This document shows positions 52,548-64,000 of a stretch of 64,000 nt of DNA, piece by piece. Source of the stretch: Eledone cirrhosa. Taxonomy: Eukaryota. The DNA lies in contig OZ024740.1 of assembly GCA_964016885.1 (NCBI GenBank), forward strand, positions 396,800,001 through 396,864,000, in the 5' to 3' direction. Position 1 is the first letter of the stretch; the number at the start of each line of letters is the position of its first letter. The position numbers and the translations under genes are program-made. Under the pieces are notes generated by a model. That model was not told where the DNA came from. It worked only from the letters and a program-made list of their open reading frames with translations, and searched no databases.

Positions 52548-55500
52548 TTAGGCAAGGCGGGTCTTCTGTATTACCGTGTAGCACCAAAGATCTTGGTCCA
52601 GTGACATTGTCTTGGAGAGGTGTAAGTGTGTGAGGTCGGAATTTAGCAGGTCGTCCCAGGTTTTTCTGGGTCTGCCTACTCCGTGGCTACCGTCTATTTT
52701 TATCGTCCTGCACTTTTTTATACAGCTGTCGTCTTTCATGTGCATCACGTGACTGTACCAACGTAGTCTTCTCTCGAGTAAACAACATCTGATCCCTCTT
52801 ATTCCTAATTTCTCCCTTAGTACGTTTATGCTTTGCCGTTCACGTATATTACTATTACACATCCAGCGGAGCATGCAAGCTTCATTCCTCTCCAGTCTGC
52901 GTATATCCTCTGCACACAATGCCCAGGTCTCACTGCCATGCAACATTGCTATTCGTATGCAGGCATCATACAGCCTGCCTTTCATTTTTAGTGAGAACCC
53001 TTTAGCGGCCAATAGTGGTATAAGCTCTCTGAACTTTTTCCACCCCGTTCTGACTCTAGCTACTGTACTTTCAGAGCACCCTCCACCACTGCTGATTTAG
53101 TCACCCAGGTAACGGAAGGTGTCCACTATTTCTATAGAACCATCTGTGCAATGGAATGAGCTAGTATTCTGTGGGCACTTGCTGCTACTTATTGCACCAG
53201 AGCACTGGCCACATAAAATTTTTATATTCTTAGTAAGCTTACCTGTGATCCCACTACATCTTTTATGCACCCATACTTTGCATTTGGGTCATAAAATGGA
53301 GTTTCTGCCTACGCCTTTCCTACACACTGAGCATGGCCATTTCCCAGATGGGACTGGTGCCCTATTTTCCTTCCTACAAACTAGAACTTTAGTCTTAGAC
53401 AGGTTAATTTTAAGGCCTTTTGATTCTAGGCCATGCTTCCATATTTGGAATTTCTTCTCTAGTTCGGCCATTGATTCAGCTATGAGCATTAGATCATCTG
53501 CGTATAGGAGTTCCCATGGGCAGCCGCTCTTGAACTACTCTGTTATAGCCTGAAGGGCAATAATAAATAGGAGGGGGCTAAGGACGGAGCCCTGATGAAC
53601 ACTAACCTTTACGCTAAACTCTTCACTATATTCGTTGTTAATTCTAACCTTGCTGACTGTTTCTTTATACATGGCTTGTATAGCTCTCACAAGCCATTCA
53701 TCTACACCTAGTTTTCTAAGAGTCCACCAGATAATGGAGCGGAGGACTCTGTTAAAGGTTTTCTCCAAGTCAACAAAAGCTAAGTATAGGGGTTTACTTT
53801 TAGCTAGGTACTTCTCCTGTAGTTGTCGTACAATAAAAAGAGCGTCTGTGGTACTTTTACCTGACACAAACCCGAACTGCATTTTATCTAGATCAATTCG
53901 CTCTCTGATTAGTTGCGCTATTACTTTTTCTGTGACCTTCATGACCTGGTTGATTAATTTAATGCCTCTATAGTTACCCCTATCTAGAGCATCTCCTTTA
54001 CCTTTGTAGCAGTTAATGATGATGCTGCTACACCAGTCCTTCGGAACGACCCTATTCTGTATGACTTGGTTTACTATCCGGGTGACCATAGTGTGTCCCA
54101 CCATTCCAGAAGCTTTCAGCATTTCAGCAACTATTTCCGTCTTCATATCTTTGATTGCCTTACTTATTATACTACCTTCAACTAACACTGCTGGTCCCTC
54201 TATTGGATCGATGTGGGGGAGACTGTCTTTCTCCCATTTATTTTCCTCATTTAGTAGCCTTTCGTAGTGACACTTCCAAGCTACCTTCTTATCAGTGTCA
54301 GTGATGGCAAGTACACCATCATCATTAAGGACACACTTCTCCCCGACAATATCACTGTTTTCCTTGATACATTGCCTAGCAATCCTGAACACCTCACGTT
54401 TTTGGTCCTCGGGTTGTAGAACATGCTTGAACTTTCTTTCCTCTGCTTCCCTTCTTGCGAAGTACACTTGTCTCCGAGCTTCCCTCCTAGCCACTTGATA
54501 GTCTTCTCTACTTCCCCCATCCTGCCATACTTTCCAAGCCTGCTTTCTGGCCTTAATTGACTCCTCCACCTTACTGTTCCACCACCACGTTACTCTCCTC
54601 CTGCCTATAGGCCTGCTCCAGCCACAGACATCATCTGCTGCCTTCAGCAGGTTAGCTTTCAGGAATACCCACTGTTCCTCTATATTGTACGACTCTAATT
54701 GCTCTTCCTTACTGTCAAAAGCATCAAGTAATATGCTTTTGAATTTATTACTGGCTGTGGGATCCTTTAGATTCCATATTTTTCTTCTGAGGCTAGTCCT
54801 CCTCTGTTGTCGAGTACATCTTGTCCTGACTACGAGATCGCTGACTATGAGTCTATGTTGGGAGGTGCATTCTTCATGGGGGAGGGATTTAGTGTTTACG
54901 ACAGACACTCTATCATGTCTTCTGGTAAGGATATAATCTATCTGACTGGCGTGTTCCCCTGATCTATAGGTGATCAAGTGATTGTCTCGTTTTTTAAAGT
55001 TAGTGTTACAGATAGTTAGGTTTTTTGCGTCACAGAATTCCAGGATTCTGGCGCCTTCCTCATTTCTAGTACCAAACCCATAGCCTCCATGGATTCCATC
55101 ATAGCCGTCACAATATTGTCCAACGTGACCATTTAGGTCGCCAGCAATAATTATGTAGTCACTGTCGGTTATTTGGGAGGTCGTGAGCATCAATGTCTCA
55201 TAGAATCTGTCTTTTATAACGCCAGGCTGTCCGGATTGGGGTGCGTATGCAGATATTACTGTCACAGTAGTTCTATTTAGAACAAGTCTTATTTTAATTA
55301 TTCTGTCGTTCACTCTATTTACGTCTATTATCTTATCTACCCATTTTTCTGCTAACATGATTCCTACCGCACCCAGCCCATTGTCATTTCCCACCCAGAA
55401 AAGCTTATAGCATCGTTTTTTACCCCCAATGAATCTAGCAGATGCACCCCTCCACCTGGTCTCTTGGATACAGCAAAAATCAATCTCCTTACGTTCAAGC

Positions 55501-55793
55501 ATTTCTACAACCTCGCTAGAGCGACCTTTTAAGGTGCCTACATTCATGGGGTACCAACTCTGAAGTTTTGGATTGCGTTTGGTGGGTGGGAATGGTGGGG
55601 TGCGAGGAGAGGTGAGGGGGCTGGAGTTGGGGTTATGTTGGCCATCCGCGGCCGGAACAAAGAGGAGGAGTCCTTGCCTTTTCGTTCGGCAGCATGAGGT
55701 GAATTTGTCTTTATCTTTGGCATTGTCACTCAGTGTCCAGATTTTTTCAGACTCTCCAGAATTTCCTAGTCCATCCATCATATCGAAAGGCAA
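52548..55793 (-). pseudogene. APE endonuclease-reverse transcriptase ORF of the RTE LINE, with a PHD-like finger
   Basis: One reading frame of about 1080 codons broken by three stops (53535-37, 53289-91, 53097-99). Motifs NVGTL, CCIQETRW, SAYAPQ, GDLNGH, QIDYIL, NYRGI, FVDLEK, HQGSVLSP, YADDL, GRPRKTW. Confidence 0.95.
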
Positions 55794-55928
55794 CCGGAAG
55801 AAGTGATAGCATAGGCTATTGACTTATGATTGGTCGAAATAATAATAATGGTGGTGGGTGGGAGGGGTATGGGGGTAGTTAGCGAGAAGGTTTAAATAAA
55901 ATCCTCGAAATTTGGGCATAATTGGACA

Positions 55929-56275
55929 AGCATATAACAGTAATAAGCGAATAATATTTAGTACAACCTGACAGAATTATAGAATAGCATATAACAGTAA
56001 TAAGCGAATAATATTTAGAACAACCTGACAGAATTATAGAATAGCATATAACAGTAATAAGCGAATAATATTTAGTACAACCTGACAGAATTATAGAATA
56101 GCATATAACAGTAATAAGCGAATAATATTTAGAACAACCTGACAGAATTATAGAATAGCATATAACAGTAATAAGCGAATAATATTTAGTACAACCTGAC
56201 AGAATTATAGAATAGCATATAACAGTAATAAGCGAATAATATTTAGAACAACCTGACAGAATTATAGAATAGCAT
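55929..56275. repeat. 57-bp minisatellite, 6 copies with alternating variants
   Basis: AGCATATAACAGTAATAAGCGAATAATATTTAG(T/A)ACAACCTGACAGAATTATAGAAT with order T,A,T,A,T,A. A single-unit copy with the same left flank lies at 56588-56697. Confidence 0.97.
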
Positions 56276-57088
56276 TGAGATGGACCGGGAAATGGAGAGA
56301 ACGAAAGAAAATGGCATTTTACATTACATTTCACAGGAGAATGAACAGTGTGACCATTAATAAGATTTGACAAATTCTGAGATTTGTACCTCGTAACAGG
56401 TTTATTTTATATTTGGTGAGAGAAGGGAGGGGGTAGTAAAGATTAGGAGGGGCAAGGAGGCCATTTTATAAACCCTAGGATTTTCGGCCAAAATTAAATG
56501 AACGAGATCGAGGAAGAGAAGGTTGTAAAACATCAGAATTTTCAGCCAAAATTAAACAGCGAGATTGTTATTTTAGAAAAACAAACGAGGTTTAAATAAA
56601 ATCCTCGAAATTTGGTCATAATTGGACAAGCATATAACAGTAATAAGCGAATAATATTTAATACAACCCGACAGAATTATAGAATAGCATATAACACAAC
56701 TATTAATTAAGGACAAAATGAAGACATACAGACACACAAAAACCAAACTAACAAAAACAAATCAGACACTTACAGATAAAGCAAATAACCAACTAATGAC
56801 AAGTAAATAAACACACAAATAAATAAATAAAAACACACACACGGATGTAATGCATGCGGAAACTCAACACACAAAACACAAAAACAAGATGGTGTAGGAC
56901 AGAACAAAGGAGAGACACGAAATAAAAAACCCAGTCATTGAGGAGGTCACAGCATGTGTGACAAAAGAGCTTTGACAATATATAAACACCAACCAATATC
57001 AAACTAACCAACCAACCAACCGGAAATTTATAACAAATTAAAGTGAAAACCAACAAGTGCCTATGTTTTTATTGGCAGTTTGACCCTC

Positions 57089-57129
<41 letters not shown>

Positions 57130-57187
57130 TATATATATATATATATGTATGTATTATATATATATATGTATGTATTATACATATATA

Positions 57188-57254
57188 TCATTTCATTCAT
57201 TTCATTTCATTTTACATCCGCTTTTCCCTGCTTGCAAGGGTGGGACGGGAACTG
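57188..57254 (-). mobile_element. Isolated 3' tail of SINE family B
   Basis: TTTTACATCCGCTTTTCCCTGCTTGCAAGGGTGGGACGGGAACTG is the reverse complement of 58245-58290 (one mismatch). Confidence 0.85.
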
Positions 57255-57387
57255 TATTATATATATGTATGTATTATACATATATATATATATATGTATT
57301 ATATATATATATGTATGTATTATACATATATATATATATATATATATATGTATTATATATATATATGTATGTATTATACATACATAT

Positions 57388-57888
57388 ATCATCATCATCA
57401 TCATCATCATCATCAACGTTTAACGTCCGTGTTCCACGCTTGCATGGGTTTGGACGGGGGTAGTCCCACTTGAGGCAAGAGTGATTGTCTTGCTCGCATA
57501 GGACTGTCTGGCAGGTTTTCTACAGTTGGATGCCCTTCCTAACACCAACCACATTTACAGTGTGGGTCTGGGAGGTTTTTACCGTGTTGCCTACACGGCC
57601 ACATTACAGCGTGGACTGTGTGTTTTTTTGTCGTGACACCTACACGATCTCATTTGTTTCGGCCTGGATGGCGCGGCACCAACATAACTTTACATAGAAC
57701 GGGGTGGTGTGGATGGGGTGGGGGTGGTGGCGGGACGGGGTGTATTTTGTTAGAGATGCCTACTGGCAAGGCGGGTCTTCTCTGTTACTGAGTACCGCCA
57801 AAGGTCTCGGTCCAGTGACATTGTCTTGGAGAGGTGTAAGTGTGTGAGGTCGGAGTTTATCAGCTCGTCCCAGGTTTTTCTAGGTCTG
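57388..57888 (-). mobile_element. 5'-truncated copy of the 52165 RTE family (ORF end plus 3' UTR)
   Basis: Colinear with 52165-52675, including the (CAT)n tail. Confidence 0.9.
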
Positions 57889-57966
57889 TATATGTATTAT
57901 ATATATATATTTTTTATATATATATAATATATATATAATATATATATATATTTTTTATATATATAT

Positions 57967-58310
57967 GGAGGCACATGGCTTAGTGGTTAGAGCATTGGCC
58001 TTGCAATCGAAAGGTTGTGAGTTCTATTCTCAGACCGGGTGATGTGTTGTTTCCTTGAGCAAGACACTTTATTTCACATTGCTCCAGTTTACTCAGCTGT
58101 AGAAATGAGATGATAGGGACTGGGTTCCCTATCATTCCACTGCAAAGTGGACGTGTAGGCGCCACGGCAAAAAAGCACCCAGCACTCACTGTAAATGAGG
58201 TTGGTGTTAGGAAGGGCATCCAGCTCTAGAAATCAAGCCAGAATCAGTTCCCGTCCCACCCTTGCAAGCAGGGAAAAGCGGACGTAAAATGAAATGATGA
58301 AATGATGAAA
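57967..58310 (+). mobile_element. Full-length tRNA-derived SINE (family B): tRNA head, CORE-like body, RTE-derived modules
   Basis: A box TGGCTTAGTGG 57976-57986; B-box-like GTTCTATTC 58021-58029; TCCTTGAGCAAGACACTT core; GGTTGGTGTTAGGAAGGGCATCCAGC; RTE-type tail. Confidence 0.92.
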
Positions 58311-58481
58311 TTATATATATCTGATTATTGTATATTATATATATATATATGTATATTATATGTACATATATGTATATTATATGTGTATATATATATATAT
58401 ATGTATATTATATGTGTATATATATATATATATGTATATTATATGTGTATATATATATATATATGTATATTATATATGTAT

Positions 58482-58861
58482 ATCATCATCATCATCATCA
58501 TCATCGTTTAACGTCCATCTTCCACGCTAGCATGGGTTTGGATGGGAATTTTCCCACTTGAGGCAAGATTGGTTGTCTTGCTCATATAGGACTGTCTGGC
58601 GGGTTTTTTACAGCTGAATGCCCTTCCTAACACCAACCACGTTTGCAGTGTGGACTGGGAGGTTTTTACTGTGTTACCTACACGGCCACATTACAGCGTG
58701 GACTGTGTGTTTTTTTGTCGTGACACCTACACGCCCTCATTTGTTTCGGACTGGATGCTGTGGTACCAACATAAATTTACATTGGAAGGGGTGGTGTGGA
58801 TGGAGTGGGGCCGGGTGTATTTTTGTTAGAGGTGCCTACTGACTGTAGGTTTCGCTTTGTA
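58482..58861 (-). mobile_element. Third copy of the 52165 RTE family (3' UTR only)
   Basis: Colinear with 52165-52545. Confidence 0.9.
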
Positions 58862-58949
58862 TAATATATATAAAAAAAATATATATATAATACAAAACAA
58901 AAACATATATATATGTATATTATATATATATATATATATGTATTTTTTT

Positions 58950-59189
58950 TTTTTTACATCCGCTTTTCCCTGCTTGCAAGGGTGGGACGGGAACTGATTC
59001 TGGCTTGATTTCTACAGCTGGATGCCCTTCCTAACACCAACCTCATTTACAGTGAGTGCTGGGTGCTTACTTCGGTCCCTATCATTCCACTGCAAAGTAA
59101 GCACCCAGGGGTCCCTATCATCTCATTTCTACAGCTGAGTAAACTGGAGCAATGTGAAATAAAGTGTCTTGCTCAAGGAAACAACACAT
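58950..59189 (-). mobile_element. 5'-truncated SINE family B copy
   Basis: Reverse complement of 58043-58290 except for a rearranged centre. Confidence 0.9.
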
Positions 59190-59446
59190 ATATATGTATA
59201 TTATAAATATATATATGTATATGATGTATATATATATGTATATATACATATATGATGTATATATATATGTATATATATATATATATGTATATATATATGT
59301 ATATATATATATGTATATATATATGTATATATATATGTATATATATATGTATATTATATATATATGTGTATACTATATATATATATGTGTGTATATTAAA
59401 TATATATGTATACATATGTGTATATTATATATATATATATATATAT

Positions 59447-59548
59447 ATGACAAAGGACCGTGACAAGTGGAGAGATGATGTGCTGAATAGGATCCGTCAC
59501 ACCCTTGGAAGCAGGGAAAAGCGGACGTATGATGATGATGATGATGAT
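59447..59548 (+). mobile_element. About 100-bp RTE 3' end
   Basis: [15 protein letters not shown] plus tail, same family as 60741-60848. Confidence 0.85.
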
Positions 59549-59564
59549 ATATATATTATATATA

Positions 59565-60848
59565 TACTTAGCCTTTGTTGACCTAGAGAAGGCCTTTGAT
59601 AGGGTACCCCGATCTGTCATCTGGTTGTCCCTAAGGAAACTAGGTGTTGAGGAATGGTTTGTGAGGACAGTGCAAACTTTGTACAGAGGTACTGTCAGTA
59701 AATTCAGGGTAGGAATGGAGTTTAGTGAGGAATTCCAGATACAAGTAGGAGTACATCAGGGTTCGGTCCTCAGACCGCTCTTGTTCATTATAGTCCTCCA
59801 AGCCATAACAGAGGAGTTTAAGACTGGCTGTCCATGGGAACTTCTCTATGCTGACGATCTGGTTCTTGTAGCAGAATCAGTAGAGGAGCTAGAGAATAAA
59901 TTCTGGCTATGGAAAGAGCAGTTGGAAGCAAGAGGACTGAGAGTGAACCTAGCTAAGACAAAAGTGTTGATGAGTAGAAAAGAGGACAAAACTCTGATTC
60001 CATCAGGGAAATGGCCATGTTCGATATGCAGAAAAGGAACTGGCATAAATTCTATAAAATGCACACAATGCAGATCCTGGGTACACAAGAGATGTAATGG
60101 GATAGCAAGCAAACTAACAGATAGGGAGAAATATGTATGCAGTAGATGTACAGGGAAATTAGACAGTAGAAGTTGCATTGATAGACACATTTTTCAAATG
60201 CAGGCGGGTGCTATAGAAGTGGTTGATAGCTTCCGGTACCTAGGAGATCAGATTAGCATGGGAAGGAGGCTTTCCGAGGCCATAGTATCTAGAATAAGGA
60301 CGGGTTGGAAGAAGTTTAGGGAGCTGCTTCCTCTGCTGATGAAGAAGGGTTTCTCCCTGCATACGAAAGGCCGGTTATATGATGCCTGTGTGAGGAGCGC
60401 GATGCTGCATGGTAGTGAGACTTGGGCAGCAACTGCAGAGGATATGCGATGACTGGAGAGAAATGAGGCAAGCATGCTCCGTTGGATGTGCAGTGTAAAT
60501 GTGCGTGAACGACCCAGCATGAATGTGTTGAGAGAGAAACTGTGTCTGAGAGGGATAGAATGTAGTGTACAGGAGAGGAGATTGAGGTGGTATGGACATG
60601 TGATGCGCATGGAGAATGACCAATGAGTGAAGAAGTGCCAGGAAATGCCAATTGAAGGAAGACGTGGTAGAGGTAGACCACGAAAAATATGGGCGGAGGT
60701 GATGAGAACAGACCTCAGATCGCTGAAGCTCACGGTGGAGATGACGAAGGACCGTGACGAGTGGAGAGATGGTGTGCTGAATAAGACCCGTCCCATTCTT
60801 GCAAGCAGGGAAGAACGGACGTAAAATGATGATGATGATGATGATGAT
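59565..60848 (+). mobile_element. 5'-truncated RTE LINE (RT C-half with PHD-like finger, (ATG)n tail)
   Basis: YLAFVDLEKAFDRV...GVHQGSVL...YADDL...GSETW...GRPRKIW in one frame, with stops at 60450-52 and 60624-26; terminal stop 60822-24. Confidence 0.95.
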
Positions 60849-60902
60849 TATATATTATATATATGTATATATATATATACATATGTATATTATATATATA
60901 TA

Positions 60903-63380
60903 TCTTCACCGCCCTCCTTACTCAGATGTGCATTGAAGTCCCCCAACAAGTTCCATAACAACACCAACCGAAATGGAAGACTACTGAGAGACACCCTGCT
61001 GGAGGTGAACTTGATAGCGACCAACCTAAGGTTTAGGAAGAATCCGGGAAGATGTGGACCTACATCTCAGATATGCACCTGTCCAAGTCCCAGATTGATT
61101 TCATTCTGGTGAGGAAAAAGTGGCGGAATAGTGTTCTGAACACAGAACCATACAACTATTTCAGTACACTGGGTAGTGACCACCGGCTTGTTATGAGTGA
61201 GGTATGGTTGAGCTTAAGAAAGAGCAAGGCTCAGCCCCGGAGAGCAATCTATGACTGGGGAGCTTTCAAAGAAGATGATAAGCTACAGGAGAGGTTCACA
61301 GTGGAAGTGAGGAACAGGTTTAGTGCTCTGTGTGGAGAGACAGAGGAGAGAGAGATTGGATGGACTGAGGAGAGTGTGACGAGGAGGTATAGGCACTTCA
61401 CCAATGCAGTGGCGGAGGCAAGTGAAACCCTGGTACCGGGGAAAAAGAACAAAAGGAAGCACGTCAGCTCTGCAAACCCAAAAGTGTGTGCAGCCAGAGA
61501 ACACCTGAAAGCTGCCAAGGACCAATTCTATGCTGATCCTACGGAGGAGAGGATGTAGACTGTGGAGGTGATGAGGGAAGAACTCTGTACCGCTTACACT
61601 GAGGCCAGAGAGGAGGCACTGATAGAGAAGATCAGAAGTGTGGAGAGAGCGGTTGACAGATCTGGATGTAAGGAGAGCTGGATGGTCATCAACGAGATCA
61701 CAGGGAGGAAGAGAAGGTGTTCGAGTCAGATCCAGGGAATGGGGCCCAAGGATAGGAAGAGGAAATGGCTAGACCATTTTAGGACCCTACTAGGAGAGCC
61801 ACCCTCCACAGCCCAGAGCACTGGGGAGATCAGGCGGCTGTTTGAGGAACTGGATATTGAGACAGAGCCCTTCACCAGAAAGGAGCTTCAGAGAGCCAAC
61901 AAGAAGATCAAGGAGGACAAGGGTCATGGAGAAGATGGAGTGGAATCAGAGGTGATGAAGAGGTGTGATTTTGATGATATCATCCTGGGGTTCTGTAACC
62001 AGGTACTGGAGAAAGGAATTGCCCCGAATCAGTGGAGGATCAGTAACATCGTCCCAGTGCCAAAGAAGGGAGATCTCTCTAACACCAACAACTACAGGAG
62101 GATCTCACTGACGTCACTTGTGGCAAAGACCCTCAACAGGATGATTCTTAACAGGATTCAGCCTGAGATGGAGAAGAAGCTCAGGGACAACCAGAACGGC
62201 TTCAGAGAGGGAAGATCAACCACCAGTCACATCCTGATGCTGAGGAGGATATTAGAGGGAGCTAGAACAAAGTGTCTTCCTGCGGTCATGGTTTTCATTG
62301 ACTTTAGGAAGGCCTTTGATTCTGTGGACCGTCACTGCCTGATGAAGATCTTACAGGCTTATGGAATCCCCAAGAGGATAGTGGACCTGATATCACTGCT
62401 CTACACCAACACCAAAGCCCAAGTCATTACACCTGATGGGATGACAGAGTTCTTTGAGATACTGGCTGGAGTGCTCCAGGGAGATACATTGGCTCCCTAC
62501 CTGTTTATCATCGTAGTGGACTATTGTATGCGCCTTGCACTGGAGAAACACCAGGACTCTGGCTTTACTGTAGCACCGGCTCAGAGCAGGAGAGTTAAGG
62601 CGAAAAAGGTATCAGATGCTGAATTTGCCGACGACATAGTTTTGGTGACAAATACAGTGAAGGAGGCAGAGGATTTGATGCAGGAGGTTGAGACTCTGTC
62701 GATGAGTGTGGGGCTGAGAATGAATGAGACTAAAGCAAAATATCTGGTAGAGAATGTTGAGGAGCCGGAGGGGATCACTAATGTAGGCGGGAAGCTGCTA
62801 GAATTGGTTGAGGACTTCCTGTATTTGGGAGCAAAGATTGGGAATACGGAAGATGATGTGGTTGAGAAGAAGAGCAAAGCCTGGGCGGCGTACCACAGCT
62901 TGAGATCGGTGTGGAAGTCGGACCTTCGTAAAGACCTAAAAATCTGTCTCTTCATTGCTGTAGTGGAGTCTGTGCTGCTGTACGGGTCTGAGACTTGGAC
63001 ACTGACCAACAAACTCATTCAGATGGTGGATGGGTGCTACACAAGAATGCTGAGGATGGCTCTGAACATTAATCAGTATACACTGAGGATGAAAAACTCA
63101 GAGCTGTATGGGAGCCTCCCAAAAGTCAGCTCAAAAGTGACACAGAGGAGACTGGGGTTAGCTGGACATGCTCACCAACATCCAGAGTTGACATTGCACT
63201 CAGTACTCCTGTGGGAGCCCCTACATGGACACACTGGAAGGGGAAGACCAAGGTTAACGTATGTTCATGCCCTAAAGACAGACACTGGTCTGTTGGAGAC
63301 GCAGGACATGGCAGCGATAATGAGGGACAGAGACCGCTGGAGAAAAGTCGTCCATGGATCTCGGGAATTTTACCTGCCCT

Positions 63381-63382
<2 letters not shown>
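60903..63382 (+). mobile_element. 5'-truncated LINE of a second RTE-group family, RT largely intact
   Basis: QIDFIL...GSDHRLV (end of APE), VPVPKKGD, NYRRISL, FIDFRKAFDS, GVLQGDTLAP, FADDI, YGSETW, GRGRP. One frameshift near 61050 and one stop at 61556-58. Confidence 0.93.
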
Positions 63383-63872
<490 letters not shown>

Positions 63873-64000
63873 GTTATACTTGGGGAGGGTCATATTTGTG
63901 TAATATTGCCAGAATTAATAACAGAACACACTCACTGTTTGGTTGGTTTTCGCTTCTCGCTGTCTTTTATATCTGCGATCTAACTTACTCGGTCCTCAAT

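Larger units (their letters stand above)
52165..57090 (-). mobile_element. Near full-length RTE-clade LINE with (ATG)n tail; 5' limit uncertain (at least 55800, possibly 57090)
   Basis: (CAT)n at 52165, 3' UTR to 52547, then a long APE-RT frame. Upstream lies a T/G-rich leader with a 57-bp tandem repeat. No convincing TSD. Confidence 0.8.

Noticed and set aside
53119-54936. Plus-strand ORFs overlapping the RTE ORF (similar ones at 59846-60796 and 61249-63018)
   Set aside because: Antisense shadows of LINE coding sequence.
57967-58040. tRNA gene
   Set aside because: A/B-box-like motifs are present, but it continues into a SINE body and tail and lacks a proper acceptor stem.
63873-64000. Start of another element at the right edge
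   Set aside because: Only 128 bp visible, with no diagnostic motif.

Overview
Eukaryotic, AT-rich, repeat-saturated DNA with no recognisable host gene. The SINE, RTE and Penelope complement resembles what I recall from coleoid cephalopod (octopus-like) genomes; that assignment is an inference. Positions 1-27840 are one tandem array of a 44-bp satellite (about 630-640 units) with irregular kb-scale higher-order duplications. The rest is a patchwork of decayed or truncated retroelements: several RTE-clade LINEs (one near full length on the minus strand), CR1-type 3' ends, two Penelope-like remnants, and tRNA-derived SINEs. It also holds hAT and piggyBac-type MITEs with clean TSDs, and many (TA)n/(GT)n microsatellites. 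The best leads are structured RNA modules inside these elements: (1) four 80-bp units in an RTE 5' leader, three of which keep an H-type pseudoknot plus hairpin through compensatory changes (47957-48216); (2) an apparently intact type I hammerhead ribozyme with a long helix II inside a structured 0.9-kb insert (34084-34171), with degenerate hammerheads nearby; (3) an RTE 5'-UTR module reused in a SINE body, in a bipartite mini-element and in the 3' UTR of another LINE. All calls are by eye; no searches or folding programs were run.
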